A stretch of DNA of 64,000 nt, taken from contig CAUTAF010000008.1 in assembly GCA_963536495.1 (NCBI GenBank), positions 4,627-68,626 of the forward strand, read 5' to 3'. The notes under the pieces are model-generated. The model ran no database searches. It saw only the letters and a list, made by a program, of their open reading frames with translations, and was not told the origin of the DNA. A program made the position numbers and the translations under genes. Source of the stretch: an uncultured Eubacteriales bacterium. Its GTDB lineage: Bacteria > Bacillota_I > Bacilli_A > RF39 > UBA660. Each line of letters starts with the position of its first letter. Positions within the stretch are counted from its first letter, which is position 1. Shown here piece after piece: positions 19,037-27,023 of the stretch.

Positions 19037-19066
19037 ATTATACCATATAGAATGTATAATTGTCAA
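19037..19066 (-). promoter_or_regulatory. cassette promoter P6
   Basis: TTGACA-18-TATAAT with TGG (CTATATGGTATAATATAAGT). Confidence 0.6.
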
Positions 19067-19080
19067 TTTGGAACTACCAA

Positions 19081-19866
19081 TTATACAGCAAGATAATCAC
19101 GAACCATATCTATTGTTAATAAAACATCTTTACTAAATATTTGATACTCATTTCTACCTTTTTTAGCAAGTTTATATCTTTGTATTTCATTTAATTTTTC
19201 TATTTCTTTATATCCTATGTTTTTTATGATATTTTCTTTGAAAAAGTCAACTTTTTCTTTATTTACTTCAGGTAATTCAAGTGAAAATAATTCAAGTAAA
19301 TTATCAAAATGGAAAGGTCTTTCAAAAGAAATAAAACTAAACATATTTGTTAAGAATATAGTCTTTTCATCACTTTCTTTCACAAAATTATCTACACCTT
19401 TATCATAAGCTGTTTCTATAAGAGTTTTTAAATATCCAAAACAAGTATCTACATTGTAAGTTAAATCTAATAAATCTCTTAACATTTTCTTTTTTAATAC
19501 TTCTAATTCTTTATCTGAACTAGCCATTTCATTTAGAGCATTTTTAATGGCTTTCTCTAATACAAAGTGAAGTTTTATCTTTTTTCTAATAGATATTCCT
19601 GCTATTTTTTTGATGATTTTGTCATATATTTCTTTTCTTGCAACATATAAACTCATTAATAAGCTAAACATTGCATTGAAAAATTCTTGGTCTTCACTTG
19701 TTAAATTATTTCTTTCTTTCAATATGAAATTATCTATAAAAATTCTTATTTCATTTATATCAAAACTTTCAGGAATACTAAAAAATAAATACCCTGATTT
19801 TTTTAATTCATCTATCTCTTTTAAGTGTTTTAAATCTTTTTCATTCATTTCTATAATGTCTTTCAT
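19081..19866 (-). CDS. hypothetical protein, family B
   Basis: FSIPESFDINEIRIFIDNFIL; MFSLLMSLYVARKEIYDKII; MFSFISFERPFHFDNLLELF. I chose the ATG at 19866 because it has AAGGAG 8 nt upstream. The track starts at a GTG at 19875. Confidence 0.65.
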   Translation of the reverse strand: MKDIIEMNEKDLKHLKEIDELKKSGYLFFSIPESFDINEIRIFIDNFILKERNNLTSEDQEFFNAMFSLLMSLYVARKEIYDKIIKKIAGISIRKKIKLHFVLEKAIKNALNEMASSDKELEVLKKKMLRDLLDLTYNVDTCFGYLKTLIETAYDKGVDNFVKESDEKTIFLTNMFSFISFERPFHFDNLLELFSLELPEVNKEKVDFFKENIIKNIGYKEIEKLNEIQRYKLAKKGRNEYQIFSKDVLLTIDMVRDYLAV

Positions 19867-19917
19867 AAAAATCACTCCTTATTTAAGTTAAAATGTTTTT
19901 TTTCTTTTGGTAGTTAT

Positions 19918-19946
19918 ATTATACCATAATATATATATTATGTCAA
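19918..19946 (-). promoter_or_regulatory. cassette promoter P7
   Basis: TTGACA-17-TATAAT with TGG. Confidence 0.65.
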
Positions 19947-19954
19947 TATAATAA

Positions 19955-19985
19955 AACAAAAAGGACAATAAAGTCCTTTTATTTT
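19955..19985 (-). terminator. intrinsic terminator after family E operon
   Basis: AAAGGAC-aataaa-GTCCTTT. The minus strand is followed by TTTTTGTTTT. Confidence 0.6.
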
Positions 19986-19986
19986 T

Positions 19987-20670
19987 TTAATCCTTTTCAA
20001 AAAAATAATTTTCAATTTCTATTTTAGTTTTTTCTTTTTCTTTAATCTTTTTTTCTTCTTTATCTTCTGCAACAACTTCTTTTAAAATTTCTTTTACATT
20101 ACTTTTTAAAATCTTTTTCATATATTCTTCCTGTATTTCTTTTTGGACTTCCTTATTACTTAACATTTTTATATATAGTTTTCTAGGAGTTATGTTACCT
20201 GTTTTAATCCAATTTTTAAATGTTTCAAAATCTTTAGAATAGTGTTTCTCAAATATTTCCTTATAGATTTCTTTTGTTTTTTCTTTGAAAAAACCTTTTT
20301 TTTCAAAAAAATCAAGTATTTCTTGATTTTCAGAAAAACCACTTTTTCCCATTATTTCATTTAGTGTTTCTTCTATTATTTCTTTCATCTTCTCTTTTGG
20401 AAATACAAAATTAAGTATTTGTAAAAATAAATATGTAATTAAAACTATTCCTAAGAACAAAATACAAAGTATTAAAAGTGTAACTTCCATTTTTCCAACT
20501 TCTAATGGAAGTTTTTCAAAAGGAACTTCAACCAAAAGCTGGTGTGCTTTTCTTAATTGAAATAAAACAGCAAAAGCAATTAGTGAAAATTTAATAATTG
20601 GAATTATTGGGAATAAAGGAATAATTTTCCAGTATATTATTTCTCTTTTAAAATTTATCATTTTTTTCAT
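19987..20670 (-). CDS. membrane protein, family E
   Basis: 227 aa with 2-3 TM helices, then FETFKNWIKTGNITPRKLYIKMLSNKEVQKEIQEE. Confidence 0.65.
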   Translation of the reverse strand: MKKMINFKREIIYWKIIPLFPIIPIIKFSLIAFAVLFQLRKAHQLLVEVPFEKLPLEVGKMEVTLLILCILFLGIVLITYLFLQILNFVFPKEKMKEIIEETLNEIMGKSGFSENQEILDFFEKKGFFKEKTKEIYKEIFEKHYSKDFETFKNWIKTGNITPRKLYIKMLSNKEVQKEIQEEYMKKILKSNVKEILKEVVAEDKEEKKIKEKEKTKIEIENYFFEKD

Positions 20671-20683
20671 ATTTTTTCTCCTT

Positions 20684-21364
20684 TTATTTTAAGTTGTTTT
20701 TAGTAAAATAACTTTCTATCTTTTCTTTTATTTCACTTTTTATTTTTATTATTTCTTTGTTTTTTTCTTCTATTTCTTTTTCTTTTTTTATTTTTATTTG
20801 CTCCTCTATTTTTTCATCTTTAGATTTTTGAGAAATAACAACAATGCTTTTTTTAATTATCTTTTCAATTATATCTTTTTGTAATTCTTTATTTTCTAAT
20901 AACTTTATATATAGTTCTTTTATAGTTATTTCTTGCCATTTTATCCATTGTTTGAAATCTTTTTCATCTTTTCTATAATATTTTTCAAAACATTCTTCAA
21001 ATTCTTCTTTATATTCTTCAGGATAAAATATTTTTGAAAATGTATTTAAAACATCTTCTTCAACATCAAAGTCTTCTTTTAATTTTATATATATTTCTCT
21101 CAAATGTTTTGGATATATATAATTAACAGTTTTTAAACTGATATAAAGAAAAGATATATAACCTATAAGAAAATATAATAAATGTTTTGTATACACTATA
21201 AATTTAACATCTCTATCAAAATATATAATGCTAAAATTTACTATAAAAGGAATTAAAAAAAGAATAGCTATATTGAAATTCAATATATTTTGTAATATAT
21301 GAAAGTTTTTTTTAAGTTCTTTTATTTCTTTTTCAAAGTCAAATATTTCTTTATTCATTTTCAA
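20684..21364 (-). CDS. membrane protein, family E
   Basis: 226 aa; DFEKEIKELKK, 2 TM helices, YPEEYKEEFEECFEKYYRKDEKDFKQWIKWQEITIKELYIKLLENKELQKDI. Confidence 0.65.
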   Translation of the reverse strand: MKMNKEIFDFEKEIKELKKNFHILQNILNFNIAILFLIPFIVNFSIIYFDRDVKFIVYTKHLLYFLIGYISFLYISLKTVNYIYPKHLREIYIKLKEDFDVEEDVLNTFSKIFYPEEYKEEFEECFEKYYRKDEKDFKQWIKWQEITIKELYIKLLENKELQKDIIEKIIKKSIVVISQKSKDEKIEEQIKIKKEKEIEEKNKEIIKIKSEIKEKIESYFTKNNLK

Positions 21365-21378
21365 TCAATCACCTTTTT

Positions 21379-22068
21379 TTAATTCTCTCCAAAATTCTGT
21401 CCAAAATATTCTTCCATCTCTTTTTTTATCTTATTTGTTTGGATTTCTAATTTTCTTTTTTTATTTTCTTCTTTTATCTCACTTATAACTTTTACTTCAT
21501 TTTCTTTAGCAATTTTTAAAGTATTCTTTTTTAAAATTTCTTCAAATATTTCTTTTTGTAAAGCCTTATTCCCTAATAATTTGGCATAAAGTTTTTTCCT
21601 TGTTATTTGCTTATGATAAATCCAATCTTCAAATTTTTCTTTATCTTTTTCATAAAATTTTTTAAAATATTTTCTAAACTCTTCTTTATAATCTTCAGGA
21701 TATAAATATTGTTCAAAATAATTAAAAATACTCATATAATATCCATAAGTTTTAGAAGTTTTTTCAAATTTAGCAACCATTTTTTTACTATAAGAATTAT
21801 GTACTAAAAAGTAAGAAAATAAAAAATAAATTAAATTTAATAAAACTATATAAAGAAAATTTTTAAAGTCTTGAGAAAAACTTGTTTCAGCTTTTAAATT
21901 AACTAGAAATAAACATATTCCAATAAAAAAGATTGCTATTTCAAAAATCCAGTTGTATTCTTTAAAAAAGATTAAAAACTTCTCAAAATAATTATTTTCT
22001 CTATTAAAGTATTTTATTTCTTTTTCAAAGTCAATTAAATCCTTTTTCAAAAAATCATCTCCATTCAT
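21379..22068 (-). CDS. membrane protein, family E
   Basis: 229 aa; DFEKEIKYF, 2 TM helices, YPEDYKEEFRKYFKKFYEKDKEKFEDWIYHKQITRKKLYAKLLGNKALQKEI. Confidence 0.65.
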   Translation of the reverse strand: MNGDDFLKKDLIDFEKEIKYFNRENNYFEKFLIFFKEYNWIFEIAIFFIGICLFLVNLKAETSFSQDFKNFLYIVLLNLIYFLFSYFLVHNSYSKKMVAKFEKTSKTYGYYMSIFNYFEQYLYPEDYKEEFRKYFKKFYEKDKEKFEDWIYHKQITRKKLYAKLLGNKALQKEIFEEILKKNTLKIAKENEVKVISEIKEENKKRKLEIQTNKIKKEMEEYFGQNFGEN

Positions 22069-22633
22069 TACCTATTCTCTTTATATTCTTTTTCCACTTT
22101 CTATAATAGCTTTCTAAAATTTGTTCTTCTGTATAACCATATAGGAATGTAAAATGTCCTAATAATCTCATTATGTATTGTATATCAAGTCTTCTTTTTG
22201 CGACTTCTTCTGTTAAATCTAAATATAAGTCTTTCTTATCATCTGTTAGTCCACAATCACCTATAAAGAACTCTTTATTCAATATTAGTAAGACATCTTT
22301 CTTTTCTTCTTTAGTCTTATTACTAAATATATCCAAGCCATTAGTATAAAGATAATTTATCATTTGTGAGAAGAAAAAATATACATCAGTCAATTCTTCT
22401 AACATCATTTTTTCATCTATTTCTTTTTCTTTCCAAGTCTTGTGGCTTTCAGGCGTTTCTTCGTCAAATTCAACAAGTTCTGCTAAAAGTGATTTTTTAA
22501 TATCCCTTAAATCTCTTACTCTTACATTGTTTATATTATCATCTAAATAGGCTTGATAGAAAAGCATTTCTACAAAGTTTTCAGGTGCTTTATTAATATC
22601 TATATTATTTGTTAAAAAAGTAAAATTTCTCAT
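22055..22633 (-). CDS. all-alpha NTP pyrophosphohydrolase, dimeric dUTPase/MazG-like (putative)
   Basis: LLAELVEFDEE..HKTWKEKEIDEKMMLEELTDVYFFFSQMINYL and the C-terminal ILESYYRKWKKNIKRIGNEW resemble the dUTPase_2/MazG helical motifs. The match is motif-level only. Confidence 0.45.
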   Translation of the reverse strand: MRNFTFLTNNIDINKAPENFVEMLFYQAYLDDNINNVRVRDLRDIKKSLLAELVEFDEETPESHKTWKEKEIDEKMMLEELTDVYFFFSQMINYLYTNGLDIFSNKTKEEKKDVLLILNKEFFIGDCGLTDDKKDLYLDLTEEVAKRRLDIQYIMRLLGHFTFLYGYTEEQILESYYRKWKKNIKRIGNEWR

Positions 22634-23155
22634 TTATTTCTCCTTTGCTACGAATATTTTTTTTAAAATATTATTCTTCTTTTTAGTATTTATTGGAAAT
22701 TCTTTAAAGTTATTTTCTAATAAAATTTGGACAAATTCATCTTTTGTTATTTCTTTTTTCTTTTCATTTTCTTTCATAGAATAGAATTTAATATCATATT
22801 CTAAATAATAGCCTAAATGTAATAAAAGTCCTGTATTTAATTTTTCTTTAAACTCATTATCTTCTATTGAAATTTCGATTAAATCATCTATTTCTATACT
22901 TTTTAAAAACACACATTTTTCTTTATAAAGAATATCATTTTTATTATCTCTTATATAAGGATTAGCTTTAAAGATTTCATCTATCTTTTCTGAATTTTCA
23001 ATAGGAATTACCCCTAAGATTTCATTAGGGTGTTTTGAAACAAAAAGGATTTCTTTTAAACTATTCCTTTCAAATAGTTTTGTACTTACTTCAATTTCTA
23101 AAACTTTTTCCTGATTTGAATAGTATCTATTATATCCCAATCTATATAAACTCAT
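22634..23155 (-). CDS. hypothetical protein, family G
   Basis: 173 aa. N-terminal LYRLGYNRYY and C-terminal TKDEFVQILLENNFKEF are shared with 24046.. and 26464... Confidence 0.65.
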   Translation of the reverse strand: MSLYRLGYNRYYSNQEKVLEIEVSTKLFERNSLKEILFVSKHPNEILGVIPIENSEKIDEIFKANPYIRDNKNDILYKEKCVFLKSIEIDDLIEISIEDNEFKEKLNTGLLLHLGYYLEYDIKFYSMKENEKKKEITKDEFVQILLENNFKEFPINTKKKNNILKKIFVAKEK

Positions 23156-23172
23156 TTTTTCCCCTTTCTGTC

Positions 23173-23237
23173 TGATTTACGACTGATTTTTCAAATAATT
23201 TTTAAAAGGTTTTCATCTGATTTTCAGTCGTAAATTA
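23173..23237 (-). promoter_or_regulatory. long-range hairpin in 5' leader of 22634..23155
   Basis: TTTACGACTGA (23176-86) pairs with TCAGTCGTAAA (23224-34), extendable to about 14 bp. CTGATTT occurs three times. The hairpin ends just before the GGGG RBS. Confidence 0.45.
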
Positions 23238-23250
23238 TTATTTTAAATTA

Positions 23251-23598
23251 TTATCTAAATCTTTTTAATGCTTTGTTTTCTCTTAAAATAGACATATATC
23301 TGGTGTTATAATCAGTAGTTTTAAGATATTCTTTTGTAATGTCTTTTTCTAAAACTTTCTTTATTTCATCTACTTCATTTTCATCTATTCTATAACATTC
23401 ATATTTTGACAAACTTTTATCAAGTTCCATTCCATTTTTTATGCCATATAAATTAAATCTATGTTCATCACTTCCCAAATGATAAATTATTGGCATACAA
23501 TCATTATTTAAAGACAAGTTTTTCTTATAGATTATTTTATCTCTGTCGTTCATTAATCTAAATGCAAAAATTTCCTCAACTAAAAATATTTTAAACAT
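23251..23598 (-). CDS. hypothetical protein, family H
   Basis: 115 aa. IFLVEEIFAFRLMNDRDKIIYKKNLSLNND matches 23625..24005. Confidence 0.6.
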   Translation of the reverse strand: MFKIFLVEEIFAFRLMNDRDKIIYKKNLSLNNDCMPIIYHLGSDEHRFNLYGIKNGMELDKSLSKYECYRIDENEVDEIKKVLEKDITKEYLKTTDYNTRYMSILRENKALKRFR

Positions 23599-23624
23599 TT
23601 TCCCACCTTTTTTATATTAGAAAT

Positions 23625-24005
23625 TCACTTAACATCTTTTTCATTTTTTTTCTTAGCAAATATCTTATTTTTTAAAAGCAAATCCATAACATTAGTGTTC
23701 TTATCAGATTTTTCTAAATATTTTCTTAAAATCTCACTTCTTTCTTTGAATAGATTTCTTAAAATTTTTTCTTGTTTTTTAGTTATATCCCAAATTTCAT
23801 ATCTACTTTCTTCTTCGACAATTCTTAATTCTTTATATTTAAGTATGTATTTTTCAGCATTTTGTTTTAGAATTGGCTTTAATATTTTATCATCTAAAAG
23901 CGATAAATTTTTCTTATAAACTATTTCATTTTCTTCATTCCTAAAAGCAAAAACTTCTTCTAATAAAATAGTCTTATTGTTTTTTCTACCTTTTTCAGTT
24001 GTCAT
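23625..24005 (-). CDS. hypothetical protein, family H
   Basis: 126 aa; ILLEEVFAFRNEENEIVYKKNLSLLDD. Confidence 0.6.
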   Translation of the reverse strand: MTTEKGRKNNKTILLEEVFAFRNEENEIVYKKNLSLLDDKILKPILKQNAEKYILKYKELRIVEEESRYEIWDITKKQEKILRNLFKERSEILRKYLEKSDKNTNVMDLLLKNKIFAKKKNEKDVK

Positions 24006-24045
24006 TTTTTTCTACCCCTTTTAACAATTTCAACCAAAACCTTAT

Positions 24046-24576
24046 TTAACAAAATAAACCACATTTTTCAGTACGCATTAGCGTCAAATTATCATCTTCC
24101 ATAAAGTTATTATTTTTCAAAAGACTTTTAAATTCTTCCTCAGTTATTTGTTCATCTTCTGTTATTTTAGCCTTTGTATTCATAATTTCTTTTTCATCAA
24201 CTATAATAGTTTTCATATATTCTGTTACTTCAAATTCAAATCTATATCCAAATCTTTTTAATTCTTCATTTTTTATATTAATTTTTATTTGCTTGTTTTT
24301 ATATTCTCCTTTTATATAATCTGTTATAAAAAATACTTTTTCAACCTCAAAATCTGAATTTTCTAATTCATTATCTAACTTATCAAAATATCTCAAAACA
24401 GTTATAGTAGTTTTTTCTTTTTCCTTATTTCTAAAAACAATTTCTTTACCTGTTTTTTCATCAAAGATTTTTAAAATTACAAGAAAACTTACAGCTGGAA
24501 TATCTCCAAATTTTAAATCTTTACTAAAAAATTGATTTATTTTATATCTAAGTCCTATTCTATGAAATTTTTCCAT
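24046..24576 (-). CDS. hypothetical protein, family G
   Basis: 176 aa; FHRIGLRYKINQFF; TEEEFKSLLKNNNFMED. Confidence 0.65.
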   Translation of the reverse strand: MEKFHRIGLRYKINQFFSKDLKFGDIPAVSFLVILKIFDEKTGKEIVFRNKEKEKTTITVLRYFDKLDNELENSDFEVEKVFFITDYIKGEYKNKQIKINIKNEELKRFGYRFEFEVTEYMKTIIVDEKEIMNTKAKITEDEQITEEEFKSLLKNNNFMEDDNLTLMRTEKCGLFC

Positions 24577-24603
24577 ATTTTTCTCCTTTTTTTATAAATT
24601 AAT

Positions 24604-24635
24604 AGTGCAACGCCCTAACAAAAGAGCGTTACACT
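24604..24635 (-). promoter_or_regulatory. G/C-containing intercistronic hairpin
   Basis: AGTGCAACGC-N12-GCGTTACACT (10-bp stem, 1 mismatch). There is no clear U-tract. Confidence 0.35.
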
Positions 24636-24645
24636 TCAAATAAAA

Positions 24646-25032
24646 CTAGCAACACATTTTTTTATAAAAATCTTTGTTTTCAAATTTATTTCCCATTATT
24701 TCACAAATCCCACTATCTAAATAATAAGAAATTTCTTCTTCTTTTTCTTCAATGTTATTCATAGGTAGCATTATAAAACATTCTTTATCAAGTTCTATTT
24801 CATATAGACTTTCATTCATTTTAACAATATCTCCGACAGCGATTTCTTTTCCTTTAGTATCTATGAAAGCACTATATTCGCATAAAGCTATATTACTAAA
24901 TCTTTCTTTGATACTGTTAGATTGTTTGTCTAAATACTCTATAACACTTTCACCAAAATTTATGCTTTGTATTTCTATTAATCTAAAATCTTCTCCTTTT
25001 AAAAACGCCTTGAACTTTTTATCTAAAAACAT
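24646..25032 (-). CDS. YopX-like phage protein (putative)
   Basis: EYSAFIDTKGKEIAVGDIVK...CEIMGNKFENKDF resembles the YopX pattern (YTGLKDKNGKEIYEGDIV...IGNIYENPEL). Confidence 0.45.
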   Translation of the reverse strand: MFLDKKFKAFLKGEDFRLIEIQSINFGESVIEYLDKQSNSIKERFSNIALCEYSAFIDTKGKEIAVGDIVKMNESLYEIELDKECFIMLPMNNIEEKEEEISYYLDSGICEIMGNKFENKDFYKKMCC

Positions 25033-25229
25033 AACTTTCGCTCCTTTAAGATTTTATTTGTATTTTTTTTAAGTTATGTTTTTAATTTAAGTTTTTTCAA
25101 AATTTTTTCGTTTTAATTTTTTCATATTTTTCATCTCCTTTTCACATTAATTTTCAAATGAGTTTTTTTGTATAATTTTAACCTTTTCCTTTTAAAATCA
25201 ATGTTTTTATCACTTTGATTTATGTTTAT

Positions 25230-25258
25230 ATTATACCATATAAAGCATAAAAAATCAA
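25230..25258 (-). promoter_or_regulatory. cassette promoter P8
   Basis: TTGATT-17-TATAAT with TGG. It is followed by an unusually long leader of about 190 nt before the 25032 start. Confidence 0.6.
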
Positions 25259-25397
25259 TGTTTTTTAAAGAAGATTAAGGAGTTTAAATTATATGTTTTA
25301 TATATTTTATATTTATTTGATATATAATATTTTTTTAGTTTTTAATTTTTGGTTTCGATTTCTTAGAACTGTATTTCTTAAAAAATTGAACTATATT

Positions 25398-26171
25398 TTA
25401 TAATTCTCTTGTACAAGTTTCAAAATATTCATTTTGAAATATAAATGGAGAATGTGTCATTGTAACTATAAGACTACATTTTCCACTTTTTACAATACTT
25501 GGTATTAATTCTTTTCGCCAATTTATATTCAGTGATATTTCAGGTTCATCTATTAGTAAAATTATATCTTTTTTGCCTTTAAAATATAGCTTTGAAAAGA
25601 TAGAAAGTATTTCTTTTTCTCCTTTTGATAACTCATTATCTTTTATAAGACTATCTTTATCTAAAATTTCTATTTCTATTTTTTTAGAATTTAAAATTTT
25701 ACTCATATATTTTTTAGTTTTTAAAGTCTTGTTATACAAGAAATTTTCGCATATTTTTATAAATTCTTCAACATCTTTTTCTATTTCTAAATCTTCAATT
25801 ATAAAATCAAATTCAGGTTGACGACAATCAGATAAGAACAATACTTTTTCTTTAATTTTATATTTATTTAATAACTTCTTTAAATTAGAAATTCCATTAT
25901 CTCTTCCTAAATCAGAATTAAAAAAATCTTCTTTTTTAATTATTACAACATCTTCATTTTTAAATTTAATATGAAGTTCTTTAAAATCTATATTATAGAT
26001 AGATAGTAAGTTATCTGTAAATATTCCTTTTAGAATTTTAAGAGTAATTGTTTTTCCACAACCATTTTCTCCAACATAAATATTAACTAAATTCTTTAAA
26101 TCAATCATTACATCTCTTTTGTTAAAAAGTCCTATTATATTTATATATTCAACATTTATTTTATTTTCCAT
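25398..26171 (-). CDS. small ABC/RecF-like AAA ATPase
   Basis: Walker A GENGCGKT, signature-like ELSKGEKEILS, Walker B/D-loop ILLIDEPEISL and H-loop TMTHSP. 257 aa. Confidence 0.75.
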   Translation of the reverse strand: MENKINVEYINIIGLFNKRDVMIDLKNLVNIYVGENGCGKTITLKILKGIFTDNLLSIYNIDFKELHIKFKNEDVVIIKKEDFFNSDLGRDNGISNLKKLLNKYKIKEKVLFLSDCRQPEFDFIIEDLEIEKDVEEFIKICENFLYNKTLKTKKYMSKILNSKKIEIEILDKDSLIKDNELSKGEKEILSIFSKLYFKGKKDIILLIDEPEISLNINWRKELIPSIVKSGKCSLIVTMTHSPFIFQNEYFETCTREL

Positions 26172-26313
26172 TATCTACAATCACACCACCTTTATTTTTA
26201 GCAACACTTTTTATATCCTTAATTCCACAATCTTTTAAAATTTCTTTTAATTCATTCCTGTCTAATTCTTTTATGTCTTTTTTATATAATTTTTTCAATT
26301 TTCTTTTATTCAT
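26167..26313 (-). CDS. 48-aa basic ORF translationally coupled to the ATPase
   Basis: MNKRKLKKLYKKDIKELDRNELKEILKDCGIKDIKSVAKNKGGVIVDNGK. Its stop overlaps the ATPase start (GATAATGGAAAATAA). It is below the ORF-track size cut-off. Confidence 0.45.
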
Positions 26314-26347
26314 TATTTATTCCTTTCTTTTGATATTTTACATCTAT

Positions 26348-26376
26348 ATTATACCATAAATTTTATAAAATTTCAA
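26348..26376 (-). promoter_or_regulatory. cassette promoter P9
   Basis: TTGAAA-17-TATAAT with TGG. Confidence 0.6.
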
Positions 26377-26383
26377 GTAAAAT

Positions 26384-26397
26384 AGACAATAATGTCT
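26384..26397. promoter_or_regulatory. palindromic operator-like site 7 nt upstream of the -35
   Basis: AGACAATAATGTCT. The position is the same as the sites at 34554 and 41185. Confidence 0.45.
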
Positions 26398-26404
26398 ATA
26401 AATA

Positions 26405-26430
26405 AAAAAAGGACTTGCAAGTCCTTTTTG
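26405..26430 (-). terminator. intrinsic terminator after 26464..27012 operon
   Basis: AAAAA-AGGACTTGCAAGTCCT-TTTT (16-nt perfect palindrome), followed by the tandem repeat GTCCTTTTTGTTTT x2. Confidence 0.6.
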
Positions 26431-26463
26431 TTTTGTCCTTTTTGTTTTCGTCTTTTTTAATTA

Positions 26464-27012
26464 CTATTCATCAAACATATTGTTAAAGAATAGTAGTACC
26501 TTTTCACTAGATATTTTCTCAAATTTCTTAAATACTTTTGAATTTTTTATAATAATGTTTTCAAATTCTTCTTTAGTTATTTTAACTTCTCTTGCACTAT
26601 GTAATACTTCATTTCTATCCTTATCAATTAATACTACATTCTTTCCATAAGATAATATCTTATATCCTAATCTAAATCCTAACTTTTCTAATTCAACTTT
26701 ATTTATCTTTACTTCTAACTTCTTATCAGCATTTATAAAACAGTTTGCATAATCTCTTATTTTTACATCTTCCAATACTGATACATTATTTTCTAAAGCC
26801 TTATGGCTATAATAACTAATTCTCTTTCCTATGTTTTCTCCATTAGGTTCATCAGTAGGGAAGAATAATTCTGTATCTCCTTGTATTAGATATAGTTTAT
26901 ATTGTATCGTTACAAATATATCTAGGAGTGTTTCACTATCATATTTAAAAAAATCATCAGGTTTAAAACTATCTACATATCCTAATCTGTAAAATTTTTC
27001 TGTATTTTCCAT
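26464..27012 (-). CDS. hypothetical protein, family G
   Basis: 182 aa; FYRLGYVDSFKPDDFF; TKEEFENIIIKNSKVFKKF. Confidence 0.65.
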   Translation of the reverse strand: MENTEKFYRLGYVDSFKPDDFFKYDSETLLDIFVTIQYKLYLIQGDTELFFPTDEPNGENIGKRISYYSHKALENNVSVLEDVKIRDYANCFINADKKLEVKINKVELEKLGFRLGYKILSYGKNVVLIDKDRNEVLHSAREVKITKEEFENIIIKNSKVFKKFEKISSEKVLLFFNNMFDE

Positions 27013-27023
27013 ATTCTCTCCTT

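Noticed and set aside
25087-25125. 12-aa leader peptide (MKKLKRKNFEKT) with an AAAGGAG RBS in the 190-nt leader of 24646..25032.
   Set aside because: It is too short and too low in complexity to support as a gene. It may matter for leader regulation, but there is no evidence beyond the RBS.
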